Source: a virus
DNA: 48,440 nt
Reading direction: 5' to 3' (one strand)
IMG/VR virus record: IMGVR_UViG_3300043499_000073
The notes beneath the pieces were generated by a model that was given only the letters and a program-made list of their open reading frames with translations, was not told the origin of the DNA and searched no databases. The position numbers and the translations under genes are program-made. This document shows, in pieces, positions 41,015-48,440 of this stretch (the first letter of the stretch is position 1; each line of letters begins with the position of its first letter).

Positions 41015-41659
41015 TTACGTTATGGTTCCAGATCCAGCCTCGCGGCCGGTCCGGGCGGCGAGTGCCTTGTTAGCCTGATACTCTCCGACCGCCGGCGCGA
41101 CCGCCGAGCCCAGGCCGATGGCGATCGGCTTGAACATGTCGCCCAATGCGCCCGGGTTCGGCTGCTGCAATTGCGCGTTGCCGGCAGATGTCGCCGCGGT
41201 GTTGGCGGCGACGGTAGGGTCTTCGGTGGCGTACAGCTGGTTGTAGGCTTGCTGCTGCTGCGCCGCGATCGATTTGCGCAACTCAGCCGTATCAGTATCG
41301 GCCTTGGCCTTCAGCGCCGCCTCGTTGACGCCCTGCTGCTCGGTCAGCTTGTTCTGCACGAAGCCGGCGGCGCCGGAGCGTAACAACCCGGCGCGCGCCA
41401 GGTCCGCTTCGGAGGTGCGCTTGGCCTCGCCGTACTGCTTCTCCAGCTGCGGCAGTGTGTAGTCCAACCCGGCCTTGCGATACTTCTCATAGAAAGCATC
41501 GCCGAAGTTGTCGTTGCCAAAGATGCTATCGATCGCCGTCTTGCCCTGATTGAGCCGAGCCTGGCGCTCGTTCTCTTTGTCGCGAGCTTCCTGGGCGCGC
41601 TGCATCTCCAGCTGCACCATTTGATTGTTCGATGGTCCGCTTCCGCCTTTACCGCCCAT
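41015..41659 (-). CDS. Virion-module protein, 214 aa, N-terminus MGGKGGSG
   Basis: GAGGTGAGCAC precedes the ATG. It shares the MGGKGG start with the upstream gene. Confidence 0.6.
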   Translation of the reverse strand: MGGKGGSGPSNNQMVQLEMQRAQEARDKENERQARLNQGKTAIDSIFGNDNFGDAFYEKYRKAGLDYTLPQLEKQYGEAKRTSEADLARAGLLRSGAAGFVQNKLTEQQGVNEAALKAKADTDTAELRKSIAAQQQQAYNQLYATEDPTVAANTAATSAGNAQLQQPNPGALGDMFKPIAIGLGSAVAPAVGEYQANKALAARTGREAGSGTIT

Positions 41660-41668
41660 GTGCTCACC

Positions 41669-42019
41669 TCATACTTGCGCGTTCGGATCGACCGGCGCCG
41701 TCTTGCTGTAGTCTGCCCAGAAGCCGGGCGGCGTCAGCACCGACTTGGCGACGATGTTGCCGGTGGAATCCTTGGTGGTCTCGGTGCCGGACACGCCCTC
41801 GGCCGGTGCGGTCGTGGTGTCTGGCTTCGAAGTGTCTTCCGCGGGCTTTGCCGTAGCGTCAGTGGCCGCTTTCTTGACGTTGATGTTCGACTGGTACCCA
41901 GTCATATCCAGCGGCGCCTTCTTGGCCAGCGTCTGCTGTGCCTCTTCCAAGGTTGCATTGCCCGACTTGTCGAGCGGTTCCTGGTAGTACTGCTGTCCAC
42001 CGCCACCCTTGCCGCCCAT
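41669..42019 (-). CDS. Virion-module protein, 116 aa, N-terminus MGGKGGGG
   Basis: The ATG at 42019 is preceded by TAGGAGTAGTC. The longer track form lacks an RBS. Confidence 0.55.
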   Translation of the reverse strand: MGGKGGGGQQYYQEPLDKSGNATLEEAQQTLAKKAPLDMTGYQSNINVKKAATDATAKPAEDTSKPDTTTAPAEGVSGTETTKDSTGNIVAKSVLTPPGFWADYSKTAPVDPNAQV

Positions 42020-42027
42020 GACTACTC

Positions 42028-42498
42028 CTACTTGCTTATGCTGAGACTGCCTTGTGTGTTCGACGCTTTCTGTTTGCCCTGCGCATCCCAATTCGACGGC
42101 GGCGCCAGCAGTGTCGCGGCCAGCTGGTCGCCGGTGGTGGTCTGCAGTTTGCTGCCGCTGCTGATCGGACTGCCGGCCGAGATCGCCGGCCCGAGTGGCG
42201 CGTTCGGGTCGACTGCCGGCGCGGCCGGTGCCGCCGGTGCGGCGGCTGCGGGCGCGACGATCGGCGGCGCCACTGGTGCCGGTGCCGGCTCTGGTGCGGG
42301 TGCGGCTACGGGCTCTGGCGTCGCCTCCGGCGCGGGCGGCGCGATCCAGTTCGGATCGGTTTCTTTGTTCCAGAAGCCGCCGTAACCGTCATATTCGGGC
42401 GGCAGGGCCGGGTTTCTGATGTATCCGCCGTAGCCGTCGTAGATCGTGTCCGGTTCGATCCGGTAGCCGCCGTAACCATCATAGACTGAATATGGCAT
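42028..42498 (-). CDS. Pro/Ala-rich protein with three YDGYGG(Y/F) repeats, 156 aa (paralogue of 42506..42877)
   Basis: The N-terminus has DGYGGY, DGYGGY and DGYGGF. The C-terminal PLGPAISAGSPISSGSKLQ...LLAPPSNWDAQ aligns with its neighbour. Confidence 0.55.
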   Translation of the reverse strand: MPYSVYDGYGGYRIEPDTIYDGYGGYIRNPALPPEYDGYGGFWNKETDPNWIAPPAPEATPEPVAAPAPEPAPAPVAPPIVAPAAAAPAAPAAPAVDPNAPLGPAISAGSPISSGSKLQTTTGDQLAATLLAPPSNWDAQGKQKASNTQGSLSISK

Positions 42499-42505
42499 GG
42501 CCCAC

Positions 42506-42877
42506 CTATCTGGTTGTGCTGATGCTGCCAGGCGTGGTCGCCGGCCGCTGCGATTGATTTGCCCAAATCGACGGCGGTGGCAGCAGCGACCCAGCCAGGA
42601 GAGCGCCGGTGGATTGCGGCGGGCCGCCGCCAGGTTGCAGCTTGCTGACGATCGGACCGCCGGCCGGGATTGCCGGGCCGAGCGGCTCGACTGGCGCCGC
42701 GGCCGCGGGAGCGGCCGGTGCCACTGGCGGCGCCACCGGCGCCGGTGGCGGTGCCATCTGCGCCGGCGCCATCGGCAGGTTCAGTGGTGGCGGCGCCGCC
42801 GGTGCCGGTTCCGGTTCCGCTGCCCAGCCCGGTTCGGATCCCCAATGATAACCGCCGCCTATGTCGTTCCAAGGCAT
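42506..42877 (-). CDS. Pro/Ala-rich protein, 123 aa (paralogue of 42028..42498)
   Basis: TGATG coupling to the upstream stop. The C-terminal PLGPAIPAGGPIVSKLQ...LLPPPSIWANQ is shared with its neighbour. Confidence 0.55.
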   Translation of the reverse strand: MPWNDIGGGYHWGSEPGWAAEPEPAPAAPPPLNLPMAPAQMAPPPAPVAPPVAPAAPAAAAPVEPLGPAIPAGGPIVSKLQPGGGPPQSTGALLAGSLLPPPSIWANQSQRPATTPGSISTTR

Positions 42878-43395
42878 CAGAGCACCACCGTGAAAATCAT
42901 GCCGACCGGCTCGCCACCGAAGTGCCGACCGATCATGTTCATCAGTGAGTTCTGCTCCGGCATACCGGAGCAGATTGGGAAGTTGATCACCTTGCAGCCG
43001 TCGCGGCGGGCCAAGGTGATGACCATGTCGACCAAGCGGCGGCCGAGGTCGGTGCGCTGGTACTTCGGGATGGTGTAGGTCTCGTCCATCACGCCCATCG
43101 GCTCGGAGAACACATCGAACACATGGTAGCTGCAGACGCCGACCAGCTTGTTGTTGTCCAGCGTATCGAGCGCGATGACGTACATGGCGAACTGGGTGCC
43201 GACCGCGTTCGCTAAGTAGCGTTCGGATTTCTCCCGGTGATACTTCAGGTGCTTGGCCCAGCCGGACAGCTCGAAGAACTCGCCGAGGAAGTCGGCAAGC
43301 ATCGGAGCGTCGGCCGATTCCGCCATGCGGACGTTAATGTGCGGGGTACGCACCGTCCGCTTTGGTTTTGGTAGTTTGATAACCGGAATATTCAT
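42877..43395 (-). CDS. GNAT-like acetyltransferase-fold protein, ~172 aa
   Basis: AGGTGGCTGGCTG precedes the ATG at 43395; an alternative ATG at 43326 starts MAESADAPML. The core LVGVCSYHVF...YTIPKYQRTDLGRRLVDMVITLARRDGCKVINF follows the GNAT beta4-alpha3 pattern. Confidence 0.5.
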   Translation of the reverse strand: MNIPVIKLPKPKRTVRTPHINVRMAESADAPMLADFLGEFFELSGWAKHLKYHREKSERYLANAVGTQFAMYVIALDTLDNNKLVGVCSYHVFDVFSEPMGVMDETYTIPKYQRTDLGRRLVDMVITLARRDGCKVINFPICSGMPEQNSLMNMIGRHFGGEPVGMIFTVVL

Positions 43396-43852
43396 CAGCC
43401 AGCCACCTGTACGAAATGAAGTCCTCACCCTCGATGCCATAGCCGGACAGCACGCCTTCGGCCCTGGCGCCAATTAAACTCATGAATCTGCGGACATCAT
43501 CCCGGTGGCGTAGTGCCACCGCATCAACGCGGTGTATTCCGAGGTCGACCAACATCGGTAGAACGAAACCACGGATCTGCCGCATCATTGGTAACACGGC
43601 GCGACCCCAGTCGTCAGTGCCGAAGGCGAAGCCGGCAGCCACACCCTGGCGTTTCAGCACCGCGCCCCAGACTGAGATCGGGCCGCGGTCGAGGCTCCAG
43701 GCGCAATACACAAACAGCTTGTGCCGCATGATCAACCCTGGCAGCCGCTCCATGTCGGTGCCAGCCGCGGTCATCTCGGCTACGTCTTCCTCGCGCATGT
43801 GCTGCAGCACATGCCGGATTATGCCGACGTCGGCCTGCGCGATCTCGATCAT
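43334..43852 (-). CDS. Internal virion protein A-like (T7 gp13 / DUF2833-type, acetyltransferase-like fold), 172 aa
   Basis: ATGA overlap with the nozzle-position gene stop. MREEDVAEM...PISVWGAV...FGTDDW...RQIRGFVLPML...RFMSLIGARAEG follows the gp13-family pattern as I recall it, and synteny agrees. Confidence 0.5.
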   Translation of the reverse strand: MIEIAQADVGIIRHVLQHMREEDVAEMTAAGTDMERLPGLIMRHKLFVYCAWSLDRGPISVWGAVLKRQGVAAGFAFGTDDWGRAVLPMMRQIRGFVLPMLVDLGIHRVDAVALRHRDDVRRFMSLIGARAEGVLSGYGIEGEDFISYRWLADEYSGYQTTKTKADGAYPAH

Positions 43853-45285
43853 CCGGTCTCGGCCCCTGCGTAATGTACCACCATGTTGGACAGGGTTTGC
43901 GGTCCCAGCTCCTGCGACCGCAGCCGCAGCGACATGTGGGTGGCGTGGCCAAACAGCTGGATCTTGCCCTGTGGGAACGACGGTCCGTTGAACTCGCCGA
44001 TGACGTCCTCGATCGTGGGGTCGGCCACATTGAACGCGGCCGACACCTGCCACGGCACGCCGGAGCAGGTGGCATCCAACGCAGTGAAACCTTTGAAGGT
44101 GGCCACGCCCTCGCCGGCGTGAAATGGGAAGATCAGCTCGACCGGACAGTCGTCATAAATGGGTCCGACATCGGAGGTGCCGCCGTAGGCATAGACGGTG
44201 TTGTTATCGTCGCGCACCACCACGCGATTTTGATGGATACAGGCGGCGGTGATGACGAAGCCGGCATCGTACTCACTCCAAGCTGTGATCTTCGGCCCCG
44301 GGAACGCTGATAACACATAGATCTTAGAGGTTAAGGGGGCGGCGGCGTCGGCTTTTGAGCCAGACATAATGATCCAGAACCTTCCGGTTACCGGCTGCAG
44401 CAGTGCGATCGTGCCGCTCATCCAGTCCGGCCCCATGGCGCGGAATAGATCCTGCATCAGTGGATCCAGCGGCGAGCCGATGTCGGACACCGCCGCAGCC
44501 AGTGAAGAGTTTCTAGCGCGTAGTGATCTGACACCTGATTGCGACAGGTACATCACATCGCCGGAGCCGTACTGCATCACTGAGCGCCAGGCGGTGGTGC
44601 CGGCCTGGCGCAGCGTCTGCACGTATTGGTTCTTGGTGAAGTCGGGATCCATGATCCACAGCTGCACCGCGGTCGAGGAGAAGATCGCCAGCTTGTCGTA
44701 GTAGACCTCGAGCGCCACCGAATCTGTCATATCGGAATCGCCCATCGACAGGTCGATGAAGTTGGTCGGATTGGGCGGCGCCATGCCGGACCAGTCGCCG
44801 GCGTTACCGATCGCCGAGAAGTACAAGATGCTATGCTCGACCGTGTACATCTTGTTCTTGTAGGTGCGGCAGTAGAAACCGCGCGCCAGTGGCAGGTTCA
44901 GGCCGTCATAGTAGCGGCCGATGTTGCCGGCGGCGTCCTTCCACAGGATCACGAATACTTTGTTGTCGAACAGGTCGTAGTCGACGATCTCATAGATCGT
45001 CGCGGTCTGCTGACCGAGCACGCCGATCGACCAGACACCGGACGGCGGCTCGACCTTGTAGGGGCCGTTCGGGCCGAAGGTGTAAAGTTTCTGGTTGACC
45101 TCGACCAGGCCGCGACTGGCGCCGTCGACCGACCAGAACGGCACGAACGCCATGCGCTTCTCGATCTCACCACCCGGCGTGACATGGGCGTTGGTCATGC
45201 GGCGCAGCGTTCCCGCCGGCGCGGTCAGCTCACTGCGCCGTAGATCCAGACCGGCAGCGAAGTCGGTGATGGTGAAGTAGGGCAA
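43849..45285 (-). CDS. Tail tubular B / nozzle-position protein, 478 aa
   Basis: TTG start 6 nt after GGAGGGAG. The sequence is beta-rich. Position after the adaptor-position gene and before the gp13-like gene matches T7 order. Confidence 0.55.
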   Translation of the reverse strand: MPYFTITDFAAGLDLRRSELTAPAGTLRRMTNAHVTPGGEIEKRMAFVPFWSVDGASRGLVEVNQKLYTFGPNGPYKVEPPSGVWSIGVLGQQTATIYEIVDYDLFDNKVFVILWKDAAGNIGRYYDGLNLPLARGFYCRTYKNKMYTVEHSILYFSAIGNAGDWSGMAPPNPTNFIDLSMGDSDMTDSVALEVYYDKLAIFSSTAVQLWIMDPDFTKNQYVQTLRQAGTTAWRSVMQYGSGDVMYLSQSGVRSLRARNSSLAAAVSDIGSPLDPLMQDLFRAMGPDWMSGTIALLQPVTGRFWIIMSGSKADAAAPLTSKIYVLSAFPGPKITAWSEYDAGFVITAACIHQNRVVVRDDNNTVYAYGGTSDVGPIYDDCPVELIFPFHAGEGVATFKGFTALDATCSGVPWQVSAAFNVADPTIEDVIGEFNGPSFPQGKIQLFGHATHMSLRLRSQELGPQTLSNMVVHYAGAETG

Positions 45286-45297
45286 CTACTCCCTCCA

Positions 45298-46245
45298 TCA
45301 GTTCGGGATGTAGTCGAGATAGCGGACGCGGCTCGCGGACTTGTCGGGATCGAAGCCGCCGCGCTGATTGCCGCCCATGTTGTAGTTCTGCCTCTTGTCC
45401 GCCCCCTGGTCGGCCAGCACCCGCCGCAGCGCGTTCTGCGCCTTGGTCAGCTTCATCGGCGCTGCTTCACTCTTCTGCACAGCCAGCATCTCGGCCGCGG
45501 CAAACAGCACGATCACCTTGGAATCGATGATGCAGGTATCGGTTGACGCCACCAGCGGCGACAGCGGCGCCTGGCCCTCGAACCGCATTATCAAGTTGTC
45601 GGTGGTCGGCACCGGCATTATCCGCAACTGTCCAACCGGATTGGTTATCGGCGCGGCACCCGCCGTGTTGACGGTGACGACGTTGCCCCAACGTGTTGGA
45701 TTGCCGGAGTTAGACATCCCCGGGCGGACCATGTGCGCCTTGATGCCGTAGGACAGCGGCGTCCATGACGACTTGACGGTCAGTACCGGCGGCGGCACGG
45801 ATGATGCCGTCCAGAGTGTTGGAGCAGCTGCGCGCTGTTGTGCGAACGTCAGCGGCGGTGGGCCGTTGACTAGATCGAAGTTGAGCCGCCAGACCGAATT
45901 GTCGGCAATATCGCGTGCATAGGTACCAGCCGCGTAGAAGGTTGAATTTGCCCAGTACGGCACCGTGGTTGTTACCAGGCTACCTTGTGCCACCCAGATC
46001 TGGGCGATCTGATCGAACGCCATCGCCGGCGGGTAGGAGTAGATCTCCTGGTTGGAGATCAACGGTATGTCGACCCACATCTTCAGGTGCTGCCAATTGT
46101 AGGCGTCCCACAGCTCGCGCTGCTGCCGCGCCAGCAGGACATCGATCGTGTCCTGCGCCTGCACTCCCTGGGCAGGGTTGAGCGATGCGCCAATCTCGGC
46201 ACGTAGCTCGCGGCGCAGCTCCAGCAGCGTGACCCCCAGTGGCAC
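45298..46245 (-). CDS. Tail tubular A / adaptor-position protein, 315 aa
   Basis: GTG start overlapping the upstream TAG. The N-terminus LLELRRELRAEIGASLNPAQG...LLARQQRELWDAYNW is typical of podovirus adaptor-type proteins. The call is mainly from synteny. Confidence 0.5.
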   Translation of the reverse strand: MPLGVTLLELRRELRAEIGASLNPAQGVQAQDTIDVLLARQQRELWDAYNWQHLKMWVDIPLISNQEIYSYPPAMAFDQIAQIWVAQGSLVTTTVPYWANSTFYAAGTYARDIADNSVWRLNFDLVNGPPPLTFAQQRAAAPTLWTASSVPPPVLTVKSSWTPLSYGIKAHMVRPGMSNSGNPTRWGNVVTVNTAGAAPITNPVGQLRIMPVPTTDNLIMRFEGQAPLSPLVASTDTCIIDSKVIVLFAAAEMLAVQKSEAAPMKLTKAQNALRRVLADQGADKRQNYNMGGNQRGGFDPDKSASRVRYLDYIPN

Positions 46246-46721
46246 TAGCCGGCGTCCTTATGCTCCGGTGGCGGCGGTGTCCGGCGGCCGCGTGCCGGCC
46301 GGAAGATCGGCTCGAGTTGGGTTCCGGCCTTGGCGACTTCGTCCTCGCCGTCGTCTTCCTCGTCGTCGCCGTTGCCGTTGGTGATCGCTGGCGCGACCTT
46401 GGTGGAGATGGCGCCGCCTTCATAGTGCGGCAGGTTCACCTCTTCGGTCATCATGTAGTCCATGCGGAAGGCCCGCCCCGGGAAGCACCGCTCGACAACT
46501 TCACGGCCATAGATGCTCATCAGCCGGTTCTTCTCTTCGGTCGGCCACACTTCGCCGATGCCGATCGGCATGATGTCCATGACGTTCTCGTCGCCGTGCA
46601 GCGTCTGCAACACCTGGATCTCCGGCCAGGTCACCGGGTTATGTGCGCCATAGATCACGGTATGACAGTTCTGACCGGCAAGGTTGATCTTGCAGGCGCA
46701 GTATTGGATCTGCTTCGCCAT
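46245..46721 (-). CDS. Hypothetical head-module protein, 158 aa, acidic C-terminal region
   Basis: AGGGAGAGACT precedes the ATG. It is the first gene after the post-capsid terminator. Confidence 0.6.
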   Translation of the reverse strand: MAKQIQYCACKINLAGQNCHTVIYGAHNPVTWPEIQVLQTLHGDENVMDIMPIGIGEVWPTEEKNRLMSIYGREVVERCFPGRAFRMDYMMTEEVNLPHYEGGAISTKVAPAITNGNGDDEEDDGEDEVAKAGTQLEPIFRPARGRRTPPPPEHKDAG

Positions 46722-46736
46722 AGTCTCTCCCTAATG

Positions 46737-46781
46737 AAAAAGACCGGAGTGCTAAGAGTGTCCGCTCCCCGCACTCCGGTC
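46737..46781 (-). terminator. Intrinsic terminator after the major capsid gene: GACCGGAGTGC-(18 nt)-GCACTCCGGTC followed by TTTTT
   Basis: 11-bp perfect stem followed by a U5 run on the minus strand. It lies 11 nt after the capsid stop and just before the next RBS. Confidence 0.75.
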
Positions 46782-46792
46782 CCGCGCTGCGA

Positions 46793-47911
46793 TCAGACAA
46801 TATCCATGACGACAGCGCCGTTGAGGCGCCGCGCACAGAGTTGCCCGGTCGAAGTGATGGATCGATAGATCACGTACTTATCGGGTGCGCGATCCGGTGA
46901 GTGCTGGTGGCGCCACTCGTCCTGCATGGCGACCAGGTAGATGTCCCGCGAATCATACCAATAGCAACGCTTGCTCTTGCCGAGCTGGTCCAGCGTTGGG
47001 TCGTATTCGAAGTCGGTGCCGGCATAGGAAATTTGCCCGACACTGACATCCTTGGCGCCAGAGAAGCCCTGCATGCTGTAGTTACCGTTGGCGCGCAGTT
47101 CAGCTTCCAAGGCAGCAAGCCAGTCACTGCCACAGAAGCCGGTGTTCGGCTTGGCGCCGTACCGGGTGAGCTGGCGATACTCTTTCTGCAGCAGGGTGAT
47201 CAACGCGCCGCCGTTGGCGGCACTGGACGTAATTGGCCCGCCACCCCAGGCTGACAGTGCCGGCGTGCCGGTCACAGCCGTACCCATCGCCGAGGTATAG
47301 GCGCGGTTCCTCCACCACGGCTTCTGCGCCCGGTTGATGCCAGCGACGATGCCAACGCTTGGGTCGTCAGTGACCAGTGCCGCCATGCCGGCTAAAGCTT
47401 TGGCATCAGTGGCGCCGTTGGTCCACAGCAGGTTGTTCATGCAGCGGGCGTACTGCTCGCTGACATCTTGCAACGCATCCTGCAACAACCCGACCAGGAC
47501 GGTGTCGTCGCGGCCGGAGTGCTCGTTGACGTCGTCCATGTTGCCGGAGTCGGAGACGCTGATGCCGTCGGTCTTCAGCTCGGAGTGGGTGAGCATGATG
47601 CCGATGTGCATTTCCTTCCAGGGGAACACCGCCTGGGTCAGGTTCGCAGGGGTGTAGTAGGTGACCGCGTCGTCGAGCTGGTAGCCCTTGAGCTGGTCGT
47701 CAGTGCCTGGCGCCGCGGTATTACCGAAGTCACCCTTGACCGAGATGATGATATTCCCCTTGCCGCCGGGGAAGGTCTTCTTCTTGGATTCCATCGCCGC
47801 CAGCAGCGGCTTCTCCTGGATCGCCTCCTGGAAGGCGGTCCCTTTGTTCATCCAGTAGTCCAACGCCGCCGTAGTGATGTGGGCGAGCAGTGGCGCAGAA
47901 TAGGTAGGCAT
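46793..47911 (-). CDS. Major capsid protein, 372 aa
   Basis: It immediately follows the scaffold gene, with GAGGTG 6 nt before the ATG, and is followed by a strong terminator. Size fits HK97-fold capsid proteins. No similarity search was done. Confidence 0.75.
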   Translation of the reverse strand: MPTYSAPLLAHITTAALDYWMNKGTAFQEAIQEKPLLAAMESKKKTFPGGKGNIIISVKGDFGNTAAPGTDDQLKGYQLDDAVTYYTPANLTQAVFPWKEMHIGIMLTHSELKTDGISVSDSGNMDDVNEHSGRDDTVLVGLLQDALQDVSEQYARCMNNLLWTNGATDAKALAGMAALVTDDPSVGIVAGINRAQKPWWRNRAYTSAMGTAVTGTPALSAWGGGPITSSAANGGALITLLQKEYRQLTRYGAKPNTGFCGSDWLAALEAELRANGNYSMQGFSGAKDVSVGQISYAGTDFEYDPTLDQLGKSKRCYWYDSRDIYLVAMQDEWRHQHSPDRAPDKYVIYRSITSTGQLCARRLNGAVVMDIV

Positions 47912-47927
47912 TTAAGCACCTCTGGAA

Positions 47928-48440
47928 TTAGAGGCGCGGCGCTCCCTCGCGAGCAAATCTGACTGCTTCCAGCAGTGACGTAGGCTCGGGTGCCACACCA
48001 GCGGTTCTTCCGGTGCTGCTCGGGACGCGCGATGTGGGCATTCGCTGGGGTTGGGACCAAGCCTTGTACTGCTCGTTGACACGGCGAAGCGCCTCTTGGG
48101 CGATCTGGATGCCGTTCTCGGGCGACTTGGGTGGACCATATTCTCCGACGAGTGCCATCATCGTGGACTGAACAGCGGCTTTTTTCGCCGCATAGCGAGG
48201 GTCCGATCGCACTATTCCCAGTTCCCATTTATTGACGGCTATCGCCACCTTCTCGGCCAGGATCTCCCGCTGCCGTTGCTGCTGCTGGTTCTGCGACAAC
48301 TGCTGGTGCTGCTGCAACGCGGCCTGTTGTCGGACCGCATTGTTCTGCGCCATCGCCTTGTCCATGCGCTCTCGCGAGTACATGGCCGCGGCTTGTGTCG
48401 TCATATGCCCCTGCTGCACTGACTGCTGCAGATCAGGGGG
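47928..48440 (-). CDS. Scaffolding-like protein, C-terminal part (same gene as 1..652; bases 48314-48440 duplicate 1-127)
   Basis: The track ORF 47928..48419 begins at an internal GTG, but the frame stays open to the window edge and joins 652..1. Contains a Gln-rich QQHQQLSQNQQQQRQ stretch. Confidence 0.8.
   Translation of the reverse strand, partial: PPDLQQSVQQGHMTTQAAAMYSRERMDKAMAQNNAVRQQAALQQHQQLSQNQQQQRQREILAEKVAIAVNKWELGIVRSDPRYAAKKAAVQSTMMALVGEYGPPKSPENGIQIAQEALRRVNEQYKAWSQPQRMPTSRVPSSTGRTAGVAPEPTSLLEAVRFAREGAPRL
48314..48440. repeat. Terminal duplication, copy 2 (identical to 1-127)
   Basis: Direct comparison, 127/127 identical. Confidence 0.95.

Noticed and set aside
42052-42872. 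Multiple long ORFs in other frames and on the plus strand across the Pro/Ala-rich genes
   Set aside because: All six frames are open here because of the GCC/GCG/CCG-rich composition. Only the chosen frames have coupled starts and a shared C-terminal motif; the others give Arg/Gly runs.

Overview
The window is a complete, circularly closed, GC-rich tailed-phage genome. The last 127 bases repeat the first 127 exactly, giving a unit length of 48,313 bp. All calls come from reading the sequence and the ORF track. No similarity search, HMM or GC calculation was run, so family names are motif-level recollections to be verified.

Layout:
- About 30 kb is one tightly coupled minus-strand virion/lysis super-operon, running 15751 to 1 and continuing 48313 to 33555.
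- In order it carries: four tail-fibre-like genes with accessory proteins; small membrane, lipoprotein and polybasic genes; large terminase; portal; scaffold (split by the window edge and absent from the ORF track); major capsid; genes in the tail tubular A and B positions; two acetyltransferase-fold proteins; and a chain of internal/ejection proteins. The chain ends in a 1018-aa protein with both an M15-type peptidase domain and a T4-lysozyme-type domain. From portal to that protein the gene order is T7-like.
- The other ~18 kb (15.8-33.5 kb) is cut into eight short transcription units of alternating polarity.
- These units carry a replication/recombination set: AEP Prim-Pol, SF3-type helicase, VRR-NUC, Cas4/DUF2800-like exonuclease, family A DNA polymerase and SNF2 helicase.
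- They also carry a PP-loop PAPS-reductase-family protein, a very compact N6-adenine methyltransferase, Cro-like and HTH regulators, and a secreted protein with a signal peptide and a VPLPA-type PEP-CTERM anchor.
- I recognised no integrase, phage RNA polymerase, tRNA, rRNA, CRISPR array or transposase.

Most notable observations:
- An 11-copy TATGGACCC iteron array around an AT-rich core (candidate origin or packaging site).
- An early operon encoding an exosortase-type (PEP-CTERM) surface protein, controlled by a compact two-operator back-to-back promoter switch.
- A fibre cluster with two receptor-binding genes sharing one N-terminal anchor, a repeat-flanked SPRY-like module and a CxxCxxCC metal-cluster protein.
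- A hidden lipobox ORF.
- A Met-rich disordered insertion in the portal.

None of these can be shown to be a new system from sequence alone.
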